64,000 nucleotides of DNA from the human T2T-CHM13v2.0 reference genome, Homo sapiens (GCF_009914755.1 NC_060936.1), one strand, 5' to 3'. Positions 1 through 11,860 are shown, numbered from the stretch's first letter. Notes: generated by a model from the letters alone, not told the origin. Numbers and translations: made by a program.

Positions 1-680
1 ACTGTCAAATGGGCAGATGGAGATAAAAGCGTGGTCTTCATGAGAGAATATTGGACTGGAGATGGTAATGAGCATGCTGAAAACTCACCTTGAGGGACTC
101 TGACACTTAGAGGTTGCAGGTTGGATAAACAGCCATGAATCTTGGAAGGAGAGGCCAGAGGAGTAGAATTAAAAGGGGTGGGAGGGAGTTCCAGGAGAGG
201 GTTGTATTCCTTAAGCCATGGGAAGGGAGCATTTTGAGAGGGAAGGCTTGATCAGCAGTGTTATATGTTGTGGAGAGGAGATGGAGGGTAAGGACCAAAA
301 GATTGTCCTTTGGATTTAGTGACATGGAGGCCATTGGTGACTCCAGCAAGAACCATTTGAGTGTTGAGGTCACAAGCCAGGTTGGAGAAGCTGGATGAAT
401 GCATGGGGAAAGACAAGGGACATAGAGTTGATTTCTCTTGGGAAGGTCTGGCTGTGGAGGAAAGAAAAGGGAGGAGGATAGCTGGGGGAGAAGTGAGGAT
501 CAGGGAGAGTTTTTCTTTAGGAAGAGACACATGGCTATGTTTAAATGGTTTGTGAGGGTGGAAGAAGAGTTTGGAAAATACAGGAAAGAAGTGGAAATGA
601 ATAGTGTAAAGTTACTGAAAAGGCAGGAGGGAATGGAATCCAGGACAAAGGGCACTTCTGCTATTGTAGCCAGAGAGGAG
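1..680 (-). mobile_element. LINE L2 fragment (ORF2/RT remnant)
   Basis: Purine-rich antisense L2 signature (ttggatttagtgacatggaggccattggtgac). Minus ORF 107-373 (LVLTLHLLSTTYNTADQ...LPSHGLRNTTLSW) resembles the L2/CR1 RT segment VLILLDLSAAFDTVDH...LGFRDTTLSW. Confidence 0.8.
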
Positions 681-789
681 AGAAGAAGCATGCATGTATG
701 TGGATTTGAAGGGTTTGTGGCTGGAAGTTGCTAGCGTTCCTGCTTGCATTCTTCTATGGCTCCCGTCAGTATGTAGCTCAATGTCTACA

Positions 790-1017
790 CAAAAGTTGTG
801 GGGAAGCTTCTCTAGTCAAATTATATTTGGGATATGCTATGTTAAGTTTAAGCAGTTATCTTCACTGCAGGACTTTCCAAACCCTTTAATACATAAACTT
901 TCATTGTGAGAGTCTAAGAGGAGGGTAGAGGAAACAGCATTTCCTACTGGACCGCAGAGCTCTCTAAGTGCACAGCCTCTCATGGAACCAGTTTCATGCC
1001 ACTCTGGGAAACAATGA
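790..1017. mobile_element. hAT-Charlie DNA transposon remnant (MER112-like)
   Basis: gtcaaattatatttgggatatgct...cttcactgcaggactttc...cctttaatacataa...cattgtga resembles the recalled consensus; ends in gggaaacaatg (decayed TIR). Confidence 0.5.
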
Positions 1018-1323
1018 GCAGAATCAACACCTTCGTTTTATGGCAGAAGAACTTGAAACCCTGAGATGGAAAGGATAGAAAGTTGCTTGGGTGAATTAAC
1101 AGCCGTGGAGAACACTTCCGTAGGGAGCACAGGGGCTCCCCTAGGCCTTCGCTTGGGTGAGCACAGCCCTCTTACTCTTGTTTGTACTGGTGACCCCAGC
1201 CCTCTGCCTTAGCTAGAACCATATAGTTCTACTTTGAAATATGAAATTAGATGGAAAGGCAGCCATTACGTCTTTGTGTGTTACCTGAAAGGATCTATGG
1301 CAAGACATAAATCTACTGGCTCT

Positions 1324-1646
<323 letters not shown>

Positions 1647-1984
1647 CCTTTGCAGCTGGCAGCAGATTGTGTCTGGGATTAAATTTAGCGTCCCTGGTTT
1701 CAGGAGAGGCAGACTCCACCTTCCAGCTGTGCAGTCAGCACCTGACTGAAGCTGTTGAAGGTGTCAGCCCCCCTTCTCCCTTTAAAATGTTCAACTCGAT
1801 GGTTCGTCTGTGACATCATCTAGAAATTGATGCGATGGATAATGTTTGCCTGTTGCTGAGTTTGGGTTTCCCATGAATGTCCATGGGAAAGTTCAGCTTG
1901 CTCACTTCTTCCTGCCTGGAATATCTTACCCTTCTTTTTCTCCCTGTGGGGGGGCTACTTTTGTGAAGCTCAAACTTGAGTAAG

Positions 1985-2138
1985 CTGGAGATCACCTGTT
2001 AAACTGTTACTTTTCTGGGCCCCACGCTGGATTCTGACTCAGTCACTCTGGGATGGGACCCAGGAGTCTGCATGTTTAACAAGCACCCCAGATGATTTTG
2101 ATGTAGGCAATTCAAGGCACCACTCTTTGAAAGCACTG
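1985..2138. mobile_element. MER5A/MER5B (hAT-Charlie MITE)
   Basis: ctgggcccca...gattctgactcagt...ctgggatgggacccagga.tctgcat.tttaacaagcacccca.atgatt.tgatg...tttga.agcactg. Confidence 0.85.
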
Positions 2139-2264
2139 CACACTCTTATCCAGATCTTTTGGAAGAATTCCAGAATTGTGAAATATATGGAGTGGGATTT
2201 TTAAGAAAAATTTTGATGTTGAAAGTCAAAGTTATGTAGGGGCTATTTATTTATTTATTTATTT

Positions 2265-2400
2265 TTAACTTGTGCCTCAGTTTTCTGGTGTGTTTAATTG
2301 GGCCAACAGCGGAGATGCCTCTCTCTTGAGGTTGCTGCATGGTTCAAATGAGCTAAATGCAAATGAAGACAGTCTGTAAGCAGGAAGGCCCATGGCAATC
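2265..2400 (+). mobile_element. MIR fragment
   Basis: tgcctcagttttct...gaggttgctg...aaatgagctaa, a decayed MIR core. Confidence 0.55.
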
Positions 2401-2604
2401 ACTATTTTGTGTTAAAATACAAGTCTCAGTGCTGGAAAGGATCTTAGTGGCTATGTAACCTAACACTTAAATTTTCAGCAAGAAAGGGCTGGAGCAGAAA
2501 CCACGTCTTACTTTCCACTGTATTCCCTGATCCAGCTCAGTGCTTCCTCCATAGCAGCAAGCTTAATTTTTGTTGATAAGGACCCAATATTTTTAAGCTT
2601 TTGA

Positions 2605-2830
2605 ATGCAAATGAGTCATCACCCAAGATGCCGATTGGCTGACACGAGTCCTATTTGGTCGGATACTAAATAATGAAGAGGAAAAAACTGGTTATTAATG
2701 CAAAGAGGCTAGGAAAAGGCAGTGAATAGCGGCCCAAAAATAGCCTCAATAATTATAAGTCTTACAAAGCCTGTTGCGACGTACTTTATGAGTCAAAAAT
2801 GAAGTGTGTGTGACGTGAAATGAATCATTC
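2605..2830. promoter_or_regulatory. Candidate enhancer/promoter (AP-1, NF-Y, CRE-like motifs)
   Basis: TGAGTCA at 2612-2618 and 2789-2795, GATTGGCT (inverted CCAAT) at 2633-2640, TGACGTGA at 2811-2818, TGAATCA at 2821-2827; unique sequence with several retained CpGs. Confidence 0.45.
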
Positions 2831-3574
2831 TGTGAATAAGAGAAGTAATCTTGCTTATTTAAATGTGTTTTGTCAGCAGTGATGCTCTCTCCTGAATAAT
2901 GAGTGCCCTTAAACAAAAATGATGGATAGCTTTGTTGGTCTAAGATGAAATGGATACAATTCTGCCGGTAAAAAAAAAATCATGGTAATTTAGTATTAAA
3001 TGGACTCTGGCCTCACCTTAATAAAAAAATTATAACACACTTAAGTAAGTTTTCATGTATCAACCCTTTGCACTTTGGGAATACATGGCTAGCATCTTTC
3101 TTTCACTTTAGAATTGATGGGTAGGAATAAGACCATGTTTCTCCATTTGTCTCTCTCCAGAGCAATCTGTCAGTATTGTTATATGCTATTCTCACAAGTT
3201 GCTTATCTTATATAGCAAAATGGTCATATTTTCATACTTGTATTATTTGTAATTATTTCCAGTGTTTTTATTGGGATAGGGGAGATGGCATGCGTTTCCT
3301 TGATGTATTGGTACCTCGTTTCCAGAACAAAATTGAGACAGATATATTAAGATTACTGTCTCTGCTGATTTGTTGTGATACATTGAAGGTTTTGGACTTC
3401 AATAAATAAATTCCTTCTTCTATTTAAGAGTTTGAAACAATTGAGAGACTCACATGGGGGAAGGCCAAATGAGAGGTCCAAATTTCTCCTTGATGACTGA
3501 GTAACTGTTGAGAATGTGGTTTCTCAACCATGGCTAAGAGGATTTGTTAAGATTTCCCTCAAGAATTAGATAGT

Positions 3575-4075
3575 TGTGACTGTTAGTTTTGCACCACCAC
3601 CCCCCCATCCCATATCTCCTTTTTCCTTAGTAATAGAGTTCCCAGGCTTTGGTGGGGCACATGTTCCCTCAGGAAAAAACAAAAACAAAAACAAAACATA
3701 TTTCCCACTCTCCTTTGCAGCTAGATGGCCATATGACCAAATTCCGGCCAATAGGATTTAAGTGGTGTGTGTAACTATTTGGAAGTGCCCTGAAAGGGAA
3801 GTCCATCTTCATCTCCTTCCTTCTTCCTGCTAACTGGAAGGTGGATGTGATGGCTGGAACTCAGGAAGCTATTTTGGAGTTCTACCCACATGCTGACAAT
3901 GATGGAACAAGACAAAAGGCTCGGGGTTTTCTGATGGCCATGAAGTATCATAGTAATCCAGAATGGCTTTACCTCTGTATATCACTTACATTAAAAAAGT
4001 ATAATTTTCTATCTGACTTAAACCCTAGTTATTTAGGGTATTCTGTCATTTGCAGGTAAACTTAGTCTTAATACA
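3575..4075 (+). mobile_element. MLT1 (ERVL-MaLR) solo LTR, J/K-like
   Basis: catatttccca.tctcctttgcagctagatggccatatgacca..ttc.ggccaat; MLT1-type 3' end ttctgtcatttgcag...taataca. Confidence 0.8.
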
Positions 4076-4699
4076 GGCAGTTAAATGTCTCTCCCACAGG
4101 GAGATCCAGATCTAGATCCAGATCCTGGAGATCCACATCCTGGCAGAGAGAAGGTAAAAATGTTTTTTGTCAGCAGTGATGGACAGATCACAAAAGAAAA
4201 CTACTCAAAAGTGGCTGAGCCCTCAACATTATGTTCTTTCCTCCAAACACCAGTCAGGTTAGTCATTGTTTACCCCAAGGAGAAAATGACTGGAGGTACC
4301 AAGAGAGGCCAGGAATATTAACTAATGGAGGAACCTCCATATGGAAACATGAGACTTGGAAAAAAGAGGTTCTCCTGAACCTGGGAAATATGAATGCATC
4401 AAAGATTGCAAAGGTTGAAAAATAGGACTGACAAAGCACATTCCACTGACAGTAAAGTAGACCTTTGCCATTATGACCAGGGATTCGTGTTGCTAGGCAG
4501 TGGGATAGGCAGGACTCATTTATGTAGGTTTTTAAATGCCAGATGGAAGAGCTGTGAGCTTATATTTTGACAAAGAAGGAGGAGTCAGTTATTGTTATGT
4601 GACCCTTGACTAGGTACCATGCAAGGAATGTGTCATGGACTTCGGCCCCATAAGGATAATGGGGGATGGCTGAAGCATTTCCCCAACAATCCACAGACA

Positions 4700-4962
4700 A
4701 AGTTTGAACACCTCAGCATGCTGGGGCTCTGATTTGACTACCACCCATCCACCTGTCAGACTCATCTCTTGGCATTCTCCTCCTTGATTTGAGGTTCTAG
4801 CAATACCAAGGTGCTTTCAGCTTGCACATTCCCTGCCACCTCATACTTCTGGATCTTTTCCACATGTTATTCTCTGCCTGGAACAGCCTCGCTACTTTCT
4901 TTGCTTGACTCTTTCTCAACCTTTAAGATTCAGCTAAAATTTCTTCTCTTCCAAGAAAACTT
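4700..4962 (+). mobile_element. L2 fragment
   Basis: Pyrimidine-rich L2 3' region (ctcatctct...tgttattctctgcctggaac...tcaacctttaagattcagct). Confidence 0.65.
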
Positions 4963-5330
4963 CAGTCAGTTTAGGCCAGGTTGTGTTGCAGCAACTAACA
5001 GTTCCAGATTTAGTGGATTAAAACAACACTTGTTTTTCATGTGTGTTTCATGTTAATTTCAAGCCAGCAAAAGTAGTCTGATCATCACAGGAGTTCAGTC
5101 CTTCAGAATGACAGAGGCTTCATCTCAAACCATGCTCCATGGTGGCAGAGGCAAGGAAAAAGGAACATGAGACGCCATGCACTGACTTCCAAAGCTTCTT
5201 CCCAGAGGTAACACATGGCACTCTGGTCACATTTTGCTAGACAAAGAGTCACCGAGCTAAGTCTGCTCCTAGAGGGAGGTAAGTGTGATCATCCCCAGGG
5301 AGGAGAAGCAGCTAACACAGTCTACTGCAG
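4963..5330 (-). mobile_element. MLT1 LTR
   Basis: agtcagtttaggccaggttgtgttgcagcaactaac...tagtggattaaaacaaca is a reverse MLT1 3' end; cacattttgctagacaaaga..cac. Confidence 0.7.
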
Positions 5331-5434
5331 CCCCCTGAACGTCACCTTTCTATCTTTGGCTCCTGCAAAGCGTATGTTCTGTACTCCCTTAATGTCCTGA
5401 GCACACTCCTGTTCTAACTCCTCCTCCTCTCCAT

Positions 5435-5905
5435 CACTGCTTGCTATATGCCAGGCACTGCACTAAGCCTTTTTCATCCTTTCATTCAATCCTTACAGTA
5501 ACTCTGTGGAGTTATTATAATATTGTTATTAACACATTTAATTCTCACAACATTCTTCAGAGGAGAGACTGTGATTATGCCCATTTTATAGTTGATGAAA
5601 CTGAGTCACAGAGAGGTTAAGTGACTTGCCTAAGATCACAAGGCTAGTAAGTAGCACAGCCAAGATTTACCCCAGGCAGTCTGTCTCCAGACAGGCCACC
5701 AAACTAGCCACCCACTGTTCTAAGTGTTTTACGTATATAGTAACTCATTTGACTCCTGCAACAAGAATACGTACTCTTCTTGCCATTTGACACATGAGAA
5801 GCTGAGGCACAGAGAGGTTAAGTAATCTGTCCAAGCTCGCTCAGAGGGAAGTGGGCTTTAATCCCAGGGAGTCAGGTTCCAGGGCCAGAGCTTTCAGTTA
5901 CTGTG
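5435..5905 (-). mobile_element. Cluster of nested MIR elements
   Basis: Two antisense MIR cores (cccattttatagttgatgaaactgagtcacagagaggttaagtgacttgcc; gaagctgaggcacagagaggttaagtaatctgtcc). Confidence 0.85.
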
Positions 5906-6257
5906 CCATTTTGTCACAGTGTTTGTTCATCTTTAATCTACCTGATATGGACCTCTCTACATGCAACCAGATGGGTTTGTGTATGGATATAACAAGAACA
6001 ACACACATTCAGATGAGAATAGCCACTCTATTCCATGGAATGAGCTCTTTATATTCAGTGAGTAGTTAGTGTGTATATCTGTGGTTGATATGTAGCTCTC
6101 AAATACAGTATAGTTCCAAGGTTGTGTTGAATCCCTCCTTGCTAGGAATTTGGGATGTTTTAGTTTCATATGGCCACAAAAATGGTCTCTGTTCTGGTTC
6201 TGATAACGTGCTATTCTGTGTTCCATGATGGCCCACATCCCACATTGACCTATGTAG

Positions 6258-6383
6258 GTTCATTCATTCACTCACTCATTTGGTCAATAAAAATTTATCA
6301 AACCCTACTAAGTACCAGGCACTAATGGAGTTACTGAAGATATAGAACTTCATCTCTCTCTCTCTCTGTCATCTGTCTGTCTC

Positions 6384-6447
<64 letters not shown>

Positions 6448-6975
6448 CATATAGAACAAAACAGAGAAATGCCTGCCCTTGTAGCATTTACACTCTAATG
6501 AGGAGAATCAGATAATACACAAGTGAGTGATAAGTGCTAGGAAAAAAAATTAGGAGGGAAGGGAAATAGGAGGTGCTGAGGGGAGAGGGGAGTTGCTTAT
6601 TTAGACTGGGAAACTAGGGAAGTCCTTGCTGAAATAGAGTCCAGGAAGAGGTGAGGGCATAAGCCATGTACATGCCTGTGAAGAGTCTTCTAGATCCAAA
6701 AGAACAGCAAGTGCAAAGACCCTGAAATGGGAACATGAGTAACAGGTTTGAGGAGCAGTACAGAGGCTGGTGAGGCTGGAGCAGAGCAAGTGAAGCACAG
6801 AATACTGGGCAGAGGGGATGCTGGGGCTGTTGGAGGTACAAAGATAATCTAGGACTTTGTGGGCCTCTGTGTGGCCTTTGGATCTTATTTTGAGTGAGAA
6901 AGGGTGCCCCTGGGGGACACTGAGCCGCAGAGTCACTATCCACACACTACATCCAAGCTGCCATGTGGAGAACAG
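6258..6975 (-). mobile_element. L2 3' end, interrupted by an STR
   Basis: Antisense L2 terminus ttcattcattca...cctactaagtaccaggcact; continues gccctt.tagcatttacactcta...gaacagcaagtgcaaagaccctga. Confidence 0.85.
6352..6447. repeat. Compound microsatellite (TC)n...[TCTG]3[TCTA]13
   Basis: Read directly: TCTG x3 at 6384-6395, TCTA x13 at 6396-6447. Confidence 0.95.
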
Positions 6976-6984
6976 GAAAGCCAA

Positions 6985-7200
6985 ATTCCCACCAAGAAGG
7001 ATGGTTTAAGAAATTATAGCACAGTCAACCATGGATGAAGCCATTACAAAGATTGACACAGAGCTTGCCAGTTGATTTGGAGGGAATTCAATGAGCAAAT
7101 GTGGAGTGAGAAAGCCAAAATACAGAAAAGTATGGATGGCATCCCATTTTTATAAGGGTTTGCACAGCTTTTAATTGTATACATTAAAGATATGTTATAT
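6985..7200 (+). mobile_element. Old L1M (L1ME-like) 3' fragment
   Basis: ggatggtttaagaaattat...gagtgagaaagccaaaatacagaa...atggcatcccattttt. Confidence 0.5.
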
Positions 7201-7214
7201 ATAAAAAAGAACAT

Positions 7215-7370
7215 TTTAATATAAATGTGGTATTAATCCCATGGTACAAGCATTACTCTTTACTTTTATATGGGGAAACTGAGGGTCAGTGAGTTCAGTG
7301 GCTGCTCAGTCTACACATCCACACAGCAGCTGCACAGGAGGAGCTGAGTTCCCAGACATCCCAGCCTTCA
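7215..7370 (-). mobile_element. MIR fragment
   Basis: ttttatatggggaaactgagggtcagtgag. Confidence 0.65.
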
Positions 7371-7719
7371 TTTCTTTAAGTTCCCCACATTATTTATTCC
7401 TGCACCTATTTTCTTCCTCCTAAAGGGGGAGTAACTTTTCTTAGCAAAAATGGAAAAGAGCAGTCACTTATAGGATTTTCTTCCATCAGGAGATAAATTT
7501 CCTAAAACTTCTGAACTCTGGAAAGCACTTTAGTTCTTAACTCAGACCCACAGGGGCTGTGGCCTTCATGAAAGGGAGTGTTTACAAGAATATTATTAGT
7601 AAGATGACCTCCCCACAACACCATGGCAGATAAAAGTAGGGTGAGCTGGAAATTCTTCACACTGGAAAAGACAAGTTGTCCATTTAGAAGGAAAATTAAA
7701 AAAAAAGAAAGCCCTGTTA

Positions 7720-8595
7720 TGAAACAAACAAACAAACAACAGAAAATAACAAGTGTTGGCAAGGATGTGGAAGAATTAGAACCTTTGTGCACTGCTGGTG
7801 GGATGTAAAAAGATGCAACCACTGTGGAAAACACTATGGCACTTCCTCAAAAAATTTAGCATACAATTACCATATGATCCCGTAATTCCATTTCTTGGCA
7901 TATACCCCAAAAGAATTGGCAGCCAGTGTCCTGAAGACACATTTGTACATCCATGTTCACAGCAGTATTGTTCACAATAGCCAAAAGGCAGAAACAACCC
8001 TAGTGTCCATTGATGGATGAATTAATAGACAAAATGTGATATATATATATATAATCACATTTTTATATACATAATGTATATCTATACATATATATGATAT
8101 TATATATGATCTATCTATATATCACATTTTGTTAATTTATCTGTCAATGGACACTCAGGTGTGTGTATACATATATACACACACAAGGGAATATTATCCA
8201 GCCTTAAAAAGGAAGGAAATTCTAATACATGTTACACCATGGATGAACCTTGAAGACATTAAACTGAGTAATGTAAGCCAGACACACAAAAGGATGAATA
8301 TTGTATGATCCACTTGTATGTGTTACCTATAGTAGTCAAATTCATAGAGACAGGAAGTAGAATGGTGGTTGTCAGGGGCTGGGGTGAGGGAGCCAATGGG
8401 AGTTAGTGTTTAATGGATATGGAGTTTCAGTTTGGGAAGATGAAAAAGTTCTGGAGATGGATGGTGGTGATGGCTGTACAACAATGTGAATGTACTTAAT
8501 GCCAATGAACTGTATACTTAAAAAAGGTTAAAACAGTAAATTTTATATCATGAATATATTACCACAGTTTAAAAGAAGGAAAAAAAAAAGAAAGA
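7720..8595 (+). mobile_element. L1MB-type 3' end
   Basis: aacaagtgttggcaaggatgtgga...attaccatatgatcc...ggatgaaccttgaagacatt...gaaaaagttctggagatggatggtggtgatgg, then an A-rich tail; ORF 7798-7980 resembles the ORF2 C-terminus. Confidence 0.92.
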
Positions 8596-10569
8596 AAGAC
8601 ACTCCCTGTGTGATTAAAAAATCTAGCATTCACAGTGGCCGGGTTCCCATGAAGATTTTACCAAGGAGAACTCACCGGAGCTTATGGCTGCCCACCCCTT
8701 CTTGGAATCCTTTGGAAAATAGGACCCATGCTTTGTGCTCCATGTTTCATGGCGTCAGTTAGCTCTCAGTGACCCTGGAGGTGGTGCGGCCAGCCAGCCA
8801 ACTCTCCAGGATGTGTTCTTTTTCCCGTGCATGATCTCAGAACCTGATTAAGTGCGTCCAGATTGAGGCGCCTAGGGGAGGAGGGATGATGGTGACCATC
8901 AATCACAGAGACAGGCAATGGAGACAGCCTCGGTGGGCTGCCTCACCTTCAGAGAGAACCTGGAGGAGTTGCAGAAAATGCTAGAAGCGTGCTCTGGCAG
9001 GGAAAAGGGGTGTGGAACTCTGATGAGAGCAGAGGCAATAATGCTATTGGAATTTCTGAAGGTTATTCAAGACTCCATATCAGTGCCGGTTATATTTAAT
9101 CTTCTTTTTAACTTTCTGTCTTCCTTCCTTCAGGCTGTCTTAGAGAAACATTTCTCCCCAAGGAGGACAAAAATTCATTTCACTTGGTTGGAAGCAGCAG
9201 GATGTCACAAAAGCACCCTAGTGTGGCTGTCTGCCAGCAAGATTTGAGACAGCAGTCTCCAGTTAGGAGAAAGATCTATCAGTGCCCCTCCTTGTTTCCC
9301 ATTTCAAGTGTTTTGTTAGATACAAGGACACTGTGTGTTTCATCCCCCTTGCTCCTTAACCAGCCCCTTACACCATGTACCTAGAAAGGAGAGGATGTTC
9401 TGCGTTAGTTGTGTGTGAGCCCTGGCAGACACCTGTCAGTGCAGACTGTGCTTTCCAAACCGGGGATCACCTGGCCAGGCATACATGCCTCCATGGAAAA
9501 CCTGGCCCTGGTCAGGGTAGTCGATGGAGAAGTTTGTGCTGAAAATCTGGGATGTTTCAGCTGATGGGAGGAGGAAGGAGTAGTAGCAAATTCAGGATTT
9601 AGCTCTCTGACCCCTGGGGAATGGGTGGCTGGAAAGAAGCTACTGATTAACTTGTGAGGACAGACTTACCTGTAGATGGGAAAGAAATGCTTCTCAGGGT
9701 AGTCAGGCCCTTACAGCTCCAGTTCTTCTTTTCCTTGACTGTGAACTCTCTCCCCAGCCTAACCTTCACCTGGACTATAAGTATAAAATGTAGGGCTTCT
9801 TTTTTTCCTTCTGACTTTCCTCCCCAGTATTCTTGACCTGCAAACATGAAGCTAAGGTCTGAGGCTGCTCTTCCTCAAGCTCCCCCCGTTGTCTCTGTCA
9901 AGTCACTATTATCTCTGTCTCCTAAAAAAATATATATAGAGAGATCAAATCCTTAGCTGTGAATCAGACTGCCTGGGTTCAAATCCCACATCCTAGGCCT
10001 GAGGGTGGGACAACTCTCTAGGGGATGGGGTGGGGGGTCCTTGAATGTACCTGGGAGGCCCCTTGCCCTGCTGGATAGAGGTGGGCTCACCCCACGCTCC
10101 ATTGTCTGGGAACCGATTGAAGTCCAACTGCCGTTGCTTTCGTTGCTTTCCCTGGTTGGCTTAGTTAATTCATCCCACATGTTTCCTCTGCTGACTGGTG
10201 AAAGAAAACTCCAGTGTCAGGTTGTGCCTGAGATCAAGTCAGAGCGGCTTCCCCCTGACATCTCTGTGATCCTGGGCAGATGTGCTCCCAGGGCAGGGCA
10301 GCATGACCACCAGCCATGGAAAGTCTGTGTGTGTCAGGGTGAAGCGCGGCGTCGGGTGAGGGGCCCGGCAAGGGCAGGCAGAGGAGCAAGCACCCCTTGG
10401 AGGGCACTCCAGGCACTAAGCCTTCCAGCGTTTTAGGCTGGAGAGCCCCGTCATCAGCCACCTGTGGAGGCGCAGGCCTTCCCTCCAGGTGCTGCCTCGC
10501 CACTACAAAAGCGGGCTGTGTGATGAGACTTGTTAAGCGCAGCTTTGCGTGCTCTCTGTTCTGTTCACA

Positions 10570-10690
10570 CCGTCTTGCAAAGTAGGTAATATCCTCACTT
10601 TCGCTTCCCCAGTGAGGAAACTGGGATTCAGAGAAGTCAAAGTCACCAGCAAGGAAGTGGCCGAGTCTGAACTTGAACTCCCTGGTGGTG
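10570..10690 (-). mobile_element. MIR fragment
   Basis: gtaggtaatatcctcac...cagtgaggaaactgggattcagagaagtcaa. Confidence 0.6.
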
Positions 10691-11607
10691 CCGCCAGTGC
10701 ACTTTCCTCCTCCTGAGATGTGGGTTGATTCTGCAGCACCCACAGGTAGGATGCGGGAGGTGAGGGCAGCGTGATGAAGGGAGGGCGCCTTGAACTGGTT
10801 CTAATGCCTGCTTTTAGGTAATCCCTTTCTCATCTGGAAAACAAAGGGCTTGGGGACCCCTTTAAAAAGTCTCTGCTACTCTGATCCCTTTTATTTATTT
10901 ATTTTCCTTGATTACTTTCTCTCCAGTGTAAAGCCATTTCTGTTTTGTGTTTCCTTAGCAGATTTCAATTCTCCAAGGGCATTTGGCTCCCTCCCAGCAC
11001 TAGGCCTAGGCAGGGCTGCCCTTTATGACAAGGTGAACAAATGTAATAGAGCTGAAGGACCCAGGATGACAGTGTAGGATCTTTTCCCAGGCTCTTGCCT
11101 TTGCCTGGCATATCAGTACTTAACTGACGATGCACCAAGCACCAAACTTCCATGTAACCTTCAAAGCCCAGTGCCGTTCTTACCATCACTAAGAAGCTTT
11201 CCTTACCATAACCCTGTGTGCTAGCCACACCTAAGTAAAATTCATATGGCTGCTACTGTAATTCATACCTGCTTTCGTAGCTGGGATGTTTCTGGCTTAG
11301 TCCTTGTTTACACATCGGTCTTTTCTACAGGCATGTGGGTTTCCTGAATGCAGGAGACTATGTCTTTATCACTTTTGGTTTAATAGTGCCTATTACCTGT
11401 TATACAACAGAAACTCTACCAAGATTTGTGGGTGTAAGGAAGGAAGGAAGGAAAGAACAAAGAAAGCAATCCAATCTATTTGGCTCTTTTCTGTAGTTAC
11501 AAATTTATAGGAAATCTGCAAAGTGCATGAGTCAGTCCACAGAGCTTCTCCACTGTGTGATTGGGTTTTGCTTGGGTCATCAATCTGCCATTTCCTGACT
11601 CTTCCAT

Positions 11608-11610
11608 CAC

Positions 11611-11659
<49 letters not shown>
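11608..11659. repeat. (CA)n microsatellite
   Basis: About 26 CA units with one CG interruption. Confidence 0.95.
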
Positions 11660-11662
<3 letters not shown>

Positions 11663-11859
11663 CCACAGCATCATCTTTGAGCAATGCAATAAATTTTATG
11701 AGGCTTTATTTCCCTTCTCTTTAAAACCTAGAGAAATAGAACAAAGTTCCCTTTTTCTTTCACAAAACTCATGGGTAACATATCAATTATTCAAGTCCAT
11801 TTATATGTCTATAACCACCTCTTCTCTCTTTGTTTCCTCTGGAAATCTTTACTTTTCAT

Positions 11860-11860
<1 letters not shown>

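Noticed and set aside
2650-2659. Possible CArG box cctatttgg
   Set aside because: Only five A/T bases between CC and GG; does not fit CC(A/T)6GG.
10005-10743. Longest non-repeat ORFs (143 aa on +, 169 aa on -)
   Set aside because: Both begin at non-ATG codons, resemble no domain I know, and one runs through a MIR. Long open frames are expected in a GC-richer block.
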